Source: an uncultured delta proteobacterium
Lineage (GTDB): Bacteria > Myxococcota_A > Polyangia > Polyangiales > B10-G4
Reading direction: 5' to 3'
DNA: 64,000 nucleotides
Assembly (NCBI GenBank): GCA_963727445.1
Contig: CAVSGI010000002.1
Location: forward strand, 128,001-192,000
The notes beneath the pieces were generated by a model that worked only from the letters and a program-made list of their open reading frames with translations, was not told the DNA's origin and did not search any database. The position numbers and the translations under genes were made by a program. Every line of letters starts with the position of its first letter. Within the stretch, counting starts at the first letter, position 1. Below, piece by piece: positions 31,803 through 40,850 of this stretch.

Positions 31803-34800
31803 ATGCGGCACTTCCTTTTCCTGGTCGTGGCCGGGCTCCTCGCGAGCGCCGGCTGCGGAGATGACAACCGTCCACCCGGCGACGCCGGCGACAGCGGCCC
31901 GGGCGATGCCAGCGACGCTGGCGATGCGGGCGACAGCAGCGTCCCGGGGGCCTGCACCCCGCCCGCGCACGATCCGGTGACAATCACCGAGTGCGCCACC
32001 CTGACGCCTCCGGCGACGGGCACCTGCACCACCACCCCCGGCTCGGGCGCCCTCCTCATCTCGGGCGACATCCTGACGCCGGGCGAGGTGCTGCGCGGAG
32101 GCCAGGTCCTGGTCGACGATTCGGGCGGCATCGTCTGCGTCGACTGCGACTGTAGCGGCGCCGCCGCGGCGGCCGGCGCGACGCAGATCGTCTGCCCCGA
32201 AGCGGTCGTCTCTCCCGGCCTGATCAACACCCACGACCATCACGGCTGGCTCGGCGGGACCCCCTTCGACGCCACCGACGAGCGCTGGGAGCATCGGAAC
32301 GAGTGGCGCACGGGCGCGGGCATGCACACGGAGATCGACCGTCCTCAAGGCAGCGGCGACGTAGAGTGGGGCGAGCTCCGCCAGGTGATGTCCGGCACGA
32401 CCTCGATCAACGCGTCGGGAAGCTCGGACGGCTTCTTGCGCAACCTGGATCGTGCGTCGGGTGAGGAGGGCCTCGGCCAACCCGCGGTGGACTACTCGAC
32501 CTTCCCCCTCGGCGACACCGACGGGACCATCCTCGTCGGAAGCTGCGACTACGGCAGCCGCGACGAGGCGGCGGACATCGCGGGAGACGACGCCTATACA
32601 CCCCACGTGTCCGAGGGCATCAACGCCGGCGCCCGCAACGAGTTCCTCTGCATGCGGGACGGGGCTGACGATCTGGTCCAGGACAACTCCGCCTTCATCC
32701 ACGGCATCGGCGTCCTTCCCCAGGACATCGGCGAGATGTCGGCGGACGGGACCATGCTCATCTGGTCTCCGCGCACCAACATCGCGCTCTACGGCGACAC
32801 GGCCCGCGTGACCGAGTACGACAACCTCGGCGTGCCCATTGCCCTCGGCACGGACTGGGTGCTGACCGGCTCGATGAACATGCTCCGCGAGCTCCGCTGC
32901 GCCGACGAGTTGAACTCGCTCTACATGAACGAGCACTTCAGCGACGAGCAGCTGTGGAAGATGGCGACCCAGCATGCCGCGGAGGCGATGGCCATGGACG
33001 ACGCCATCGGCATTCTGGCCACCGGTCGCGTCGCCGACATCTCCATCTTCGCGACCCGCGGTACGCGCGCCGACCACCGCGCAGTCATCGAGGCCGAACC
33101 GCAGGACATCGTCCTCGTGCTCCGCGGCGGCGTGCCGCTCTACGGCGACGCCGACGTCGTCGCCACCCTGGAGGCCGGCTGCGACGCGATCGACGTCTGC
33201 GGCACGCCGAAGCAGGCGTGCGTCATGCGCGAGATCGGCATGAGCCTCGACGGGTTCCAGAGCGCCAACGCCACCACCTACCCGCTCTTCTTCTGCGGCG
33301 GCGAGCCGATGAACGAGCCGAGCTGTGTCCCCTTCCGTAACGGAATGGGCAGCTTCCCCTCGCCGGAGGTCGACGGCAGCAACAGCTACACGGGCGATCT
33401 CACGATGAGCGATGGCGACGGCGACGGCATCGAGGACACCGCGGACAACTGCCCCTGCATCTTCAACCCGATCCGCCCCCTCGACGAGGGAGCCCAGGCC
33501 GACTTCGACGGCGACGGCACGGGCGACGCCTGTGACCCTTGTCCCCTCGACATGGGCCTGAGCGGCTGCGAACCGCCCGACCCCAACGACCGCGACCGCG
33601 ACGGCCGCCCGAACGCCATGGACAACTGCCCCGACGACCCCAACCCGGGCCAGGAGGACGGCGACATGGACGGAAAGGGCGACGTTTGCGATCCGTGCCC
33701 CGACGACCCCAACCCCGGCGCCGCCGCATGTCCATCGAACGTCTACGACGTGCACACCGGCGCGATCCCGATTGGCACCCCGGTCTCCATGTCCGGCCTG
33801 GTGGTGACCGGCATCGCCTCGAACGGCTTCTACGCGCAGCAGGCCGAGGGCACGACCGACTTCACCGGCGTCGACAACAGCGGCATCTTCGTCTACACGC
33901 GCGACGCCCCGACGGTCGCGCGCGGTGACGTCATCGACATCGTGAGCGGCACCGTCGGCGAATTCGGCGGCGCGCTTCAGCTCACGAGCCCGACGATCAC
34001 CGTCACCGCCAGCGGGATGGAGCCGGCGCCCCTGGTGGTCCCACCGGGCGACGTCTCCACCGGCGGCACCCGCGCCGACGCGCTTTACGGCGTGTTGATC
34101 CGCGTCGAAGGCGTGACCGTCACCAACCCGAACCCCGACGACCCCTCGGACTTCAACGAGTACGAGGTCGATGGGCTCCGTGTCGACGACCAGATGTATC
34201 TGACCGAGCCGGACCCGGTGATGGACGACGACTTCGCCGCGATCATCGGCCCGCTGGGCTTCAGCTTCTCGAACTCCAAGCTCGAGCCCCGCGACGCGGC
34301 CGACGTGATCCCGGGGAGCCTGCGGCTCGTCCCGCGGGACATCACCGTGGCCCCTGGTGGTACGGTCACCCTCACGGCGCTGGTGCCCATGGCGCCCACC
34401 TCGGATGCGAGCGTGTCGCTCCTCACTTCGCCTTCGGACCTGCTCAGCGGCACGCTCTCCATCACGATCCCCGCCGGCTCCAACTCCGGAAGCGCCACCT
34501 TCACCGCGCGCGCGACCGAAGGCATGGGCACGGTGACGGCGACCTACAACTTCGAGATGGCGACCGCCAACGTCACCATCGTCGACATCGCCGGCGCGCT
34601 GCTCATCACCGAGTACCTCGAGGGCGCGAGCAACGACAAGGCGCTCGAGCTCACCGCGGGCGCGCCGGTCGACCTGTCGACCTGCGAGCTGCGCCGCTTC
34701 ACCAACGGCGCCACCACCTACACGGCGATCTCGATGACGGGGATGCTGGCGGCGGGCGAGAGCCACGTCCTGTGCAACTCCTCCATCAGCGACGCGAGCA

Positions 34801-35087
34801 TGTGCGACGAGATGTCGTCACAGGTGAACCACAACGGCGACGACGCCTACGAGCTCTGGTGCGGAGGGATGCTCCTCGACAGCTTCGGTCAGGTCGGCTT
34901 CGACCCCGGCACCGCCTGGGAGGCGGGCGGTGTGAGCACCCGGGACCAAGACCTGCGCCGTAAGTGCACCTCGGGTCCCGACACCGACTCGTCGGACATC
35001 TTCGACCCCTCGGTCGATTGGACGCAGTTCGACCTCACGCCGGCGCCGCTGCCCTTCGGCGACCTCGGCACCTACACCTGCCCCTGA
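31803..35087 (+). CDS. Lipoprotein amidohydrolase with thrombospondin type 3 repeats, OB-fold-like region and lamin-tail-like domain
   Basis: Lipobox ASAGC; PGLINTHDH, PHVSEG, IHGIG and ALGTDW metal motifs; DGDGDGIED..DNCP repeats; GFYAQ...SGIFVY; LITEYLEG.SNDKALEL. Confidence 0.85.
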   Translation: MRHFLFLVVAGLLASAGCGDDNRPPGDAGDSGPGDASDAGDAGDSSVPGACTPPAHDPVTITECATLTPPATGTCTTTPGSGALLISGDILTPGEVLRGGQVLVDDSGGIVCVDCDCSGAAAAAGATQIVCPEAVVSPGLINTHDHHGWLGGTPFDATDERWEHRNEWRTGAGMHTEIDRPQGSGDVEWGELRQVMSGTTSINASGSSDGFLRNLDRASGEEGLGQPAVDYSTFPLGDTDGTILVGSCDYGSRDEAADIAGDDAYTPHVSEGINAGARNEFLCMRDGADDLVQDNSAFIHGIGVLPQDIGEMSADGTMLIWSPRTNIALYGDTARVTEYDNLGVPIALGTDWVLTGSMNMLRELRCADELNSLYMNEHFSDEQLWKMATQHAAEAMAMDDAIGILATGRVADISIFATRGTRADHRAVIEAEPQDIVLVLRGGVPLYGDADVVATLEAGCDAIDVCGTPKQACVMREIGMSLDGFQSANATTYPLFFCGGEPMNEPSCVPFRNGMGSFPSPEVDGSNSYTGDLTMSDGDGDGIEDTADNCPCIFNPIRPLDEGAQADFDGDGTGDACDPCPLDMGLSGCEPPDPNDRDRDGRPNAMDNCPDDPNPGQEDGDMDGKGDVCDPCPDDPNPGAAACPSNVYDVHTGAIPIGTPVSMSGLVVTGIASNGFYAQQAEGTTDFTGVDNSGIFVYTRDAPTVARGDVIDIVSGTVGEFGGALQLTSPTITVTASGMEPAPLVVPPGDVSTGGTRADALYGVLIRVEGVTVTNPNPDDPSDFNEYEVDGLRVDDQMYLTEPDPVMDDDFAAIIGPLGFSFSNSKLEPRDAADVIPGSLRLVPRDITVAPGGTVTLTALVPMAPTSDASVSLLTSPSDLLSGTLSITIPAGSNSGSATFTARATEGMGTVTATYNFEMATANVTIVDIAGALLITEYLEGASNDKALELTAGAPVDLSTCELRRFTNGATTYTAISMTGMLAAGESHVLCNSSISDASMCDEMSSQVNHNGDDAYELWCGGMLLDSFGQVGFDPGTAWEAGGVSTRDQDLRRKCTSGPDTDSSDIFDPSVDWTQFDLTPAPLPFGDLGTYTCP

Positions 35088-35100
35088 GCCACCGGGGCGT

Positions 35101-35142
35101 CTTTCGCGTCGACGCGAAAGTTGAAAAGTGTAGACCGTCCCC
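35101..35142. repeat. Collapsed copy of the REPIN/MITE-like element
   Basis: Full inverted arm at 35114-35142, overlapping the perfect palindrome CTTTCGCGTCGACGCGAAAG (35101-35120). Confidence 0.85.
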
Positions 35143-35152
35143 CTGGGGGGGG

Positions 35153-35434
35153 TTACTCGGGCTCGTCGTCTTTGGTGAGCTCGAGGCCGACGACCCAGCC
35201 GTCGGCCATCTCCTTGACCCACTTCACGCGCGCCTTGGCCCAACGGCCTTCGCCTTCGTCCGTCGCGATCTTCAGGTGGCAGAGGTCGTTGACGTAGAGG
35301 GGCTTGTCGAGGGCGATGCGCAGCCCCCCGAGGGAGGCGTTGAGGACCACGCCCTCGGCGCGGGAGGGCGACACCACCTCCACGGTGGCGTGCAGGGGCA
35401 CTCGCTCGGTCGAACGGCGGGAGTCGGAGCTCAC
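35153..35434 (-). CDS. PilZ domain protein
   Basis: RRSTER (RxxxR) and NASLGG (D/NxSxxG) motifs, ARVKW; GTGA overlap with the upstream stop. Confidence 0.88.
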   Translation of the reverse strand: MSSDSRRSTERVPLHATVEVVSPSRAEGVVLNASLGGLRIALDKPLYVNDLCHLKIATDEGEGRWAKARVKWVKEMADGWVVGLELTKDDEPE

Positions 35435-36300
35435 GGGGGGGAGCCCCCATGCTCCACCATCGACCCGAGGCGCGCCAGCGCCCCGGCCATCCGCGTCCCG
35501 TACCAGAAGAGGTCTTTGCCGTCGCAGAGGCGCACGATGGCACCCCGGAGCCGCTCGGCGAGCGCCAGGCGGTCCTCCTCGCCGAAGGCGTAGGGCTCGT
35601 CCGGAAGGAGCACCAGCGCGGGGCGCCGCGCCTCCACCTCGGCCAGGGTGGTTCGGGGATAGCGCGTGTCGCGATCGCCGAGGGCCTCCGCAGAGAGGGG
35701 CGTTGCGTCCCCGACGTCCGCCGCGAGGGGATAGCGCCGCGGCCGGTCCGAAAAGACGTTGTCGTAGCCACAGAGGTCGAGGATGTCGCTCGCGAAGGTG
35801 CGCCCGTCGAAGGTCATCCACGGGTCCCTCCAGATGGGCACGAAGACGCGAAAGCGCCGCATGCTCGGCAATCGAGCCTGGGCCTGGTCGTATGCGGCGT
35901 CGGCCGCTCGGATCGGCGCGGCGCCCGGCGGCACGTGGAGGAGCTCGGCGACCGAGCGCAGATAGGCGAGGCCCTCGGTGACGGTGCGCGGAAAGCTCAC
36001 GTGCACCGTGAGGCCCGCTTCGATGAGCTTCTCGATCGGCTTCTTGGCGTTCTCCTCCTGGTTGGCCAGCACCAGGTCGGGCTCGAGCGCGATCACCCGC
36101 GCGACGTCGATGCTCTTGGTCCCGCCGACGGACGGGACCTCCGCCACCTCCGCGGGCTCGATGCAGAAGTCGGTGCGCCCGGCCAGTCGTTCGATGCCGG
36201 CGAGCACCGCCACCGTCTCGGTCTCGCTCGGCACGAGCGACACCACACGCTTCGGCGGACGGGGCGTCGTGACGTCACGGCCGAGGGCGTCCGTGACCAT
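35431..36300 (-). CDS. Helical-backbone metal receptor (BtuF-like binding protein), no signal peptide
   Basis: PKRVVSLVPSETE, VGGTK, PDLVLANQEEN, LLPDEPYAF and DGKDLFWYG motifs. Confidence 0.88.
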   Translation of the reverse strand: MVTDALGRDVTTPRPPKRVVSLVPSETETVAVLAGIERLAGRTDFCIEPAEVAEVPSVGGTKSIDVARVIALEPDLVLANQEENAKKPIEKLIEAGLTVHVSFPRTVTEGLAYLRSVAELLHVPPGAAPIRAADAAYDQAQARLPSMRRFRVFVPIWRDPWMTFDGRTFASDILDLCGYDNVFSDRPRRYPLAADVGDATPLSAEALGDRDTRYPRTTLAEVEARRPALVLLPDEPYAFGEEDRLALAERLRGAIVRLCDGKDLFWYGTRMAGALARLGSMVEHGGSPP

Positions 36301-36305
36301 CCTGC

Positions 36306-37862
36306 TCAGAGCCCGAGGTGCTCGGTGGAGAAGCGCGCCGGCGGACGCACCGATTTGAGGTCGTCTTCCGGATCGCGGAAGCGTACGCCGTGCGCCGCGA
36401 AGTCGCGCGAGAGCTCGACCAGGCGATCGCGGATCTTCGCCGTCGTGTTCTCGTAGGCGATGTCCTCGACCTCGGTGCGATAGAAGAGCTTCATCGGCGA
36501 GCCCGACAGGATGCGCATCTCGTCGCCCTCGGGACGGAAGAGATGGAAGGAGACGTCCGGGTACATCTCCCGGAGCACCTTCGCCGCCTTGTCGAAGCGC
36601 CCGTTGATGAGCCCCTTGAGTCCCTGCATGGTGCCGAAGATACCGCCCCGCGCGTCCACGTACCCCGCCTCCTGCGAGAAGACAGGCACCAGCGGATCGA
36701 CCAGGATCACCATCGTGGCCCCGTTGCGTACCGCGACTCGCATGTTGGTGGTGCGCGTGAAAGCGCCATCGATGTAGTAGCGGCCGTCGATGACCTCCGG
36801 CGCGTAGAAGGGCGTGAGCGCGGCGGAGGCGCGGACCGCGCGATGCACCGGCACGTGCTCGAATCCTTCTTCGCCGAAGACCACCGCCTGCGCCGTGTCC
36901 TGGTCGGTCGCACCCACGAAGAGGGGCCGACGGAGCTCCTCGAAGCGATCGCTCATCCCCGGCTTGTCGAGGTTCTGCTTCATCCACTGGCGCAGGCCGT
37001 CACCCGAGAAGGCGGCCGACGGAACGGCGCGCGCCATCGACGAGAGCAGCCCGCGGGGGCCCGCGCCACCACGCGCCGCCTCGGACAGGAGCTTGAGCAC
37101 CCGCCGCGACATCTCGCCGACGTTCGGATCGAAGAGCTGCCGGCGCATGATCGGATCGATGCGGCTGCTCTGGCCCTGAAGTCCGCGCGCGATCTCTTCG
37201 GGGCCGATCCCGTTCGCCAGGAACGCGCCGAGCACCGCGCCGGCGCTGATGCCGCAGAAGAGATCGAAGTCGACGATGGAGCGATCGGCGAGGAACGACT
37301 CGAGGGCGCGCAGCACACCGATCTCGTAGAAGAGCCCTTCGATGCCTCCGCCCGCGAGACAGATCGCGATGCGCCCGGACGCGCGGCGAGCGAGGATCTG
37401 CTCGACGCGCTCGAGCACCTCTTCGCGAAGCGGCGCCGTCATCACCGTGCCGACGTGCGCACTGCCGAGCTGGAAAGCGGCTTGGATGCCGCCCTCACCC
37501 GGGCCGACCACGCCGATGATTCGATCGCGGGGGATCGCGCCCGAGACCTCGCCCTCGGGAAAGAGATGGGAGAGCAGCTCGCCTGCGCGGCTCAGGGCGA
37601 AGGGACCGTCGACGCTCGGGTTTTCGCGATCTTCCGAAGCCGCCCTCTGGCGGGTGTCCACGATGAGCACGTGGACCGGCTCTCGCCGCACGAAAGCGGC
37701 GGCCGCGGCGGGGTCCGACAGGGCCACCACGCGGCGCTCCTCGCCGTGCTCCGGGGTGAAGAAGATCGCGCCGGAGGCCAGGCGCCGCGCTCGAGGATCG
37801 TGAGAAAGGCCGAGGGGGTCGCCCGCTGGGTGCGGACCGCCCACGTAGAGTATGGTATCCAT
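36306..37862 (-). CDS. Patatin-like phospholipase with N-terminal receiver-like extension
   Basis: LAGGGIEG, GISAG nucleophile elbow, ASAAL.PFY.P and YIDGA motifs. Confidence 0.9.
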   Translation of the reverse strand: MDTILYVGGPHPAGDPLGLSHDPRARRLASGAIFFTPEHGEERRVVALSDPAAAAAFVRREPVHVLIVDTRQRAASEDRENPSVDGPFALSRAGELLSHLFPEGEVSGAIPRDRIIGVVGPGEGGIQAAFQLGSAHVGTVMTAPLREEVLERVEQILARRASGRIAICLAGGGIEGLFYEIGVLRALESFLADRSIVDFDLFCGISAGAVLGAFLANGIGPEEIARGLQGQSSRIDPIMRRQLFDPNVGEMSRRVLKLLSEAARGGAGPRGLLSSMARAVPSAAFSGDGLRQWMKQNLDKPGMSDRFEELRRPLFVGATDQDTAQAVVFGEEGFEHVPVHRAVRASAALTPFYAPEVIDGRYYIDGAFTRTTNMRVAVRNGATMVILVDPLVPVFSQEAGYVDARGGIFGTMQGLKGLINGRFDKAAKVLREMYPDVSFHLFRPEGDEMRILSGSPMKLFYRTEVEDIAYENTTAKIRDRLVELSRDFAAHGVRFRDPEDDLKSVRPPARFSTEHLGL

Positions 37863-38018
37863 ATCGGGACCTGACCCGATTGGACTTTACGGGCGTGTCG
37901 ATTTGGTAGCAAGCAGCCGTATTTGACCCTGAACGGCGTCGGCTTCCATTGCTACCGAGGGAAATCCAGTGCTACCATTCGCGAAATCCTTGAGCTGTGG
38001 GGGGAGAAGGACCACCAG

Positions 38019-38450
38019 GTGAGCGAGACCGACGTTCAAAGCGTCAAAAGGGCTCTTCAGGACGCCGGCGTCGAGATCTACCGCCTCTCAGCGGAGGAGA
38101 TCCATGTAGCCGAAAGGGTACGGCTGCACATCATGGACTCCGGGGTCCGGGTGCGCCTGGAGCAAGGGGTCCACATACGCTTCACGGCGCGCTCCCAACA
38201 GTCCGACTTCCCCAACGCGGCCGCTGACGATCTCTTCGCCAAGGTCCGCGGCACCATCGGCGAAAAGGCGAATCCCCGCGGCTATGCCGAGATGGACGCC
38301 ACCACCGTCCAGGTGAAGGATCCGGTCGACGAAGGGCGGATCCTCGACGTCTGGCACGAGGTCACCTACGAGAAATCGGCCGATCTGGACAGCCTGGTGG
38401 ACGAGGTGCGCTGGGCGCTCGAGCTCGACAAGTACGTCGCCCCCCGATAG
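38019..38450 (+). CDS. Hypothetical protein
   Basis: GAAGGA RBS-like site before GTG 38019; good codon bias; ends at a shared terminator. Confidence 0.7.
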   Translation: MSETDVQSVKRALQDAGVEIYRLSAEEIHVAERVRLHIMDSGVRVRLEQGVHIRFTARSQQSDFPNAAADDLFAKVRGTIGEKANPRGYAEMDATTVQVKDPVDEGRILDVWHEVTYEKSADLDSLVDEVRWALELDKYVAPR

Positions 38451-38468
38451 GGCCCTCCCCCAGGCTCC

Positions 38469-38510
38469 AATTGCAAAGGGCCGCGTCGTTTGACGCGGCC
38501 CTCGGCAATT
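38469..38510. terminator. Terminator hairpin between convergent genes
   Basis: AGGGCCGCGTC-GTTT-GACGCGGCCCT (38477-38502), flanked by AATTGC/GCAATT. Confidence 0.8.
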
Positions 38511-38526
38511 TCACCTGTGACTCGTC

Positions 38527-38733
38527 TCAGGCGTTGATCTTTTCGACCTTCTCGGCGAAGGCGCCCTTCGGGCCCTCGACCTTGGTGAATCGGACCTGCT
38601 CACCTTCTTCGAGCGTCCGGAATCCGTCCCCCCCAATTTGGCTGTAATGCACGAAGATGTCCGGGCCATCGTCCTGCTTGATGAAGCCGAAGCCCTTGGC
38701 GTTGTTGAACCACTTGACGAAACCTACTTCCAT
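38527..38733 (-). CDS. Cold-shock protein (CspA family)
   Basis: VKWFNNAKGFGFI (RNP1), DIFVHYSQI (RNP2), GFRTLEEG; GGAGGGAG RBS. Confidence 0.97.
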   Translation of the reverse strand: MEVGFVKWFNNAKGFGFIKQDDGPDIFVHYSQIGGDGFRTLEEGEQVRFTKVEGPKGAFAEKVEKINA

Positions 38734-38855
38734 CACTCCCTCCACACAGGACCTACTTCAGCGAACTTCCGTAGAGCCCATGGCGTAAATGCTCCATGAA
38801 CTGTCTGTTTCGGGCATCGCAGACGGGTCTGCCATGTCCCCCCTGGAGCGGCGCC

Positions 38856-38883
38856 AGAGTAGGATGGGAGCCCATCAAGTCAA
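38856..38883 (-). promoter_or_regulatory. Putative csp promoter giving a long (~115 nt) 5' UTR
   Basis: TTGACT-N16-TACTCT on the minus strand; long 5' UTRs are typical of csp genes. Confidence 0.5.
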
Positions 38884-38983
38884 GCCATTTTCCTCACCTC
38901 TACCCACCGTCACGTACCGGCACCTACCACCCGCGGGTGCCCCCCTGAGGACAAAGTTGGAAAGCACCTCCAGGAGCGGCTTC

Positions 38984-40168
38984 ATGCCCGCACATATCGT
39001 CTGGATGATCGCAGTGATTGCAATGGGTTGCGGTGGGGGTTCCGAGGTGGTGACCCCCGCCGAGAGACCCCATGCGAGCCGCGGCGAAGAGAGCCGCGAG
39101 GCGCTGGTCGAGGGGGACCTCTCACGGGCCTCGGAGCTCGCCTCGGAGGCACTTCGGGAGGCGTCTTCGGACACCGTCGCACAGCACGTCGCGGCGCTGG
39201 TGGCGCTGGCCCGGGGAGACGACGCCCGCGTCGTGCGCCTCCTCGAGGGGGCCACCCAGCCTCCGCTCGTTCGGCTCCGGGCCCGGGCCCATGCGGCGTC
39301 GGGGGATTACGAGGCCGTGGCGCGCGATCTCGAGAGCGTGGAGGGCCAGGAGCCCGCCGACGGCTGGGCGGAGGCCATGCTGCCCCTCGCGCGCCTCGCG
39401 AAGGTGCTCCACTGTCACGAGACGAGCGGCGCCGCTCGGGCCAGTCTCCCCTTCGCCGGCCGCTCTCCCCTTCCCCTGGTCGAGATCGCCGTCGACGGTC
39501 GGCCGGTCAACGCCCTCATCGCCACCCAGGCCGACCTCACGATCGTCGACGACGACCTCAGGGGCGAGGCCGGCATCCTCGGGCAGATCGAGCTCGGGCC
39601 CCTCCAGATGCAGAACGTCCCGGCTCTCGTCCGCGATCTCGCACCCATCGACGCGCAGGTGGGTGAGTCGGTGGGCGCGGTGCTGGGCCTCGACGTGCTC
39701 CTCCGCCTCGGCGTGACAATCGACTTTCGAGAGCGGTGGGTCGTCGTTCGACAACAGGGCAGCGAGGCGTCCGAGGGCGCCGCGGCGGTCCCCTTCCTCA
39801 CCCTCGGAGGGAGCTTTCTCGCGCTCGAAGGGAGGCTCGACGATCGGCGCGACGCCCTCATCGCCTTCGACACCGCGGGACCGTTCCCCGTCGCGGTCTC
39901 GGACGCCGCGGCTCAAGACCTCGGCCACGACCCGCGCACGCTGCCGCCGGCGGAGGGCGCACCTTCCGACGAGATCCGCATGCTCACGCTCGAGAAGCTG
40001 GCGATGGGAAGCGCGGTCATCGAAGGTGTGCCCGCAGCGACCGGGCTCATCCCCGCCGATCTCTCGGAGCTCGCCGGCGCCCCCGTCGACGCCATCGTCG
40101 GCGCCATCGCGCTGCAGCAGATGCGCATCACCATCGACGCCGAGGGCCGGCGCCTGCTCTTCGATTGA
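38984..40168 (+). CDS. Lipoprotein with TPR-like region and two retropepsin-like aspartyl protease lobes
   Basis: AGGAG RBS; lipobox IAMGC; PLVEIAVDG, AVLGLDVL...VTIDF and second lobe IAFDTAG...AIVG...ITID. Confidence 0.75.
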   Translation: MPAHIVWMIAVIAMGCGGGSEVVTPAERPHASRGEESREALVEGDLSRASELASEALREASSDTVAQHVAALVALARGDDARVVRLLEGATQPPLVRLRARAHAASGDYEAVARDLESVEGQEPADGWAEAMLPLARLAKVLHCHETSGAARASLPFAGRSPLPLVEIAVDGRPVNALIATQADLTIVDDDLRGEAGILGQIELGPLQMQNVPALVRDLAPIDAQVGESVGAVLGLDVLLRLGVTIDFRERWVVVRQQGSEASEGAAAVPFLTLGGSFLALEGRLDDRRDALIAFDTAGPFPVAVSDAAAQDLGHDPRTLPPAEGAPSDEIRMLTLEKLAMGSAVIEGVPAATGLIPADLSELAGAPVDAIVGAIALQQMRITIDAEGRRLLFD

Positions 40169-40252
40169 CCTTCGGCCCCGCGCGCCCGTTCCTGACGCTG
40201 CGAGGGGGCCGACGAACGAGCGAGGCCCTTCCGTGGCTCTGCATCAGGCACT

Positions 40253-40840
40253 ATGTTCCGCGGCGTGGAAGACCCGATCGCGCTGGTCACAGAGCACTTC
40301 AGGCGCGCCCGCGAGAGCGAGAGCTTCGACGCCAGCCGCGCCGCCCTCGCCACCGTCGACGAAGAGGGCCGCCCTGCGGTGCGCTTCGTCCTCGTCCGGC
40401 AGATCGAGGACGCCGGCTTCTACTTCTACACCAACTACGACAGCGACAAGGCGCATCAGCTCGACCACACCCCGCACGCCGCGATCGTCTGGCACTGGTC
40501 GTCGATCGGCATCCAGGTGCGCGTCGAGGGAGCGACCGAGCGCGCTCTGGCGGAGCGCTCCGACGCGTACTTCGCCACGCGCGCCCGCGAGAGTCAGATC
40601 GGCGCGTGGGCCTCGCATCAGAGCCACCCGCTGGCCTCACGCGAGGCCCTGGACGCGCGCGTCGAGGAGGTCCGCGCCCGGTTTGCGGGCGGTGAGGTGC
40701 CGCGCCCACCGCATTGGGGCGGCTATCGCCTCGCGCCCCGGCGCATCGAGATCTGGCACGAAGGCGCGCATCGCCTCCACGACCGCTTCCGCTACGATCG
40801 CGACGGCGACGCATGGCGCATGACGCGCCTGTCGCCCTGA
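40253..40840 (+). CDS. pdxH: Pyridoxine/pyridoxamine 5'-phosphate oxidase
   Basis: LATVD..GRP.VRFVL, FYTNYDSDK, YFATRARESQIGAWAS.QS, RPPHWGGY and RLHDRF motifs. Confidence 0.96.
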   Translation: MFRGVEDPIALVTEHFRRARESESFDASRAALATVDEEGRPAVRFVLVRQIEDAGFYFYTNYDSDKAHQLDHTPHAAIVWHWSSIGIQVRVEGATERALAERSDAYFATRARESQIGAWASHQSHPLASREALDARVEEVRARFAGGEVPRPPHWGGYRLAPRRIEIWHEGAHRLHDRFRYDRDGDAWRMTRLSP

Positions 40841-40850
40841 GACGCGGCGA

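Noticed and set aside
31749..34766. Long antisense or alternative-frame ORFs here and elsewhere (e.g. 6536-8461, 52255-54051, 55429-56991)
   Set aside because: Expected stop-poor shadows of real genes in ~70% GC DNA, with no recognisable motifs.
36306..37862. CBASS-type (CapV) patatin effector
   Set aside because: No CD-NTase or other defence genes nearby; the context looks like a core myxobacterial locus.
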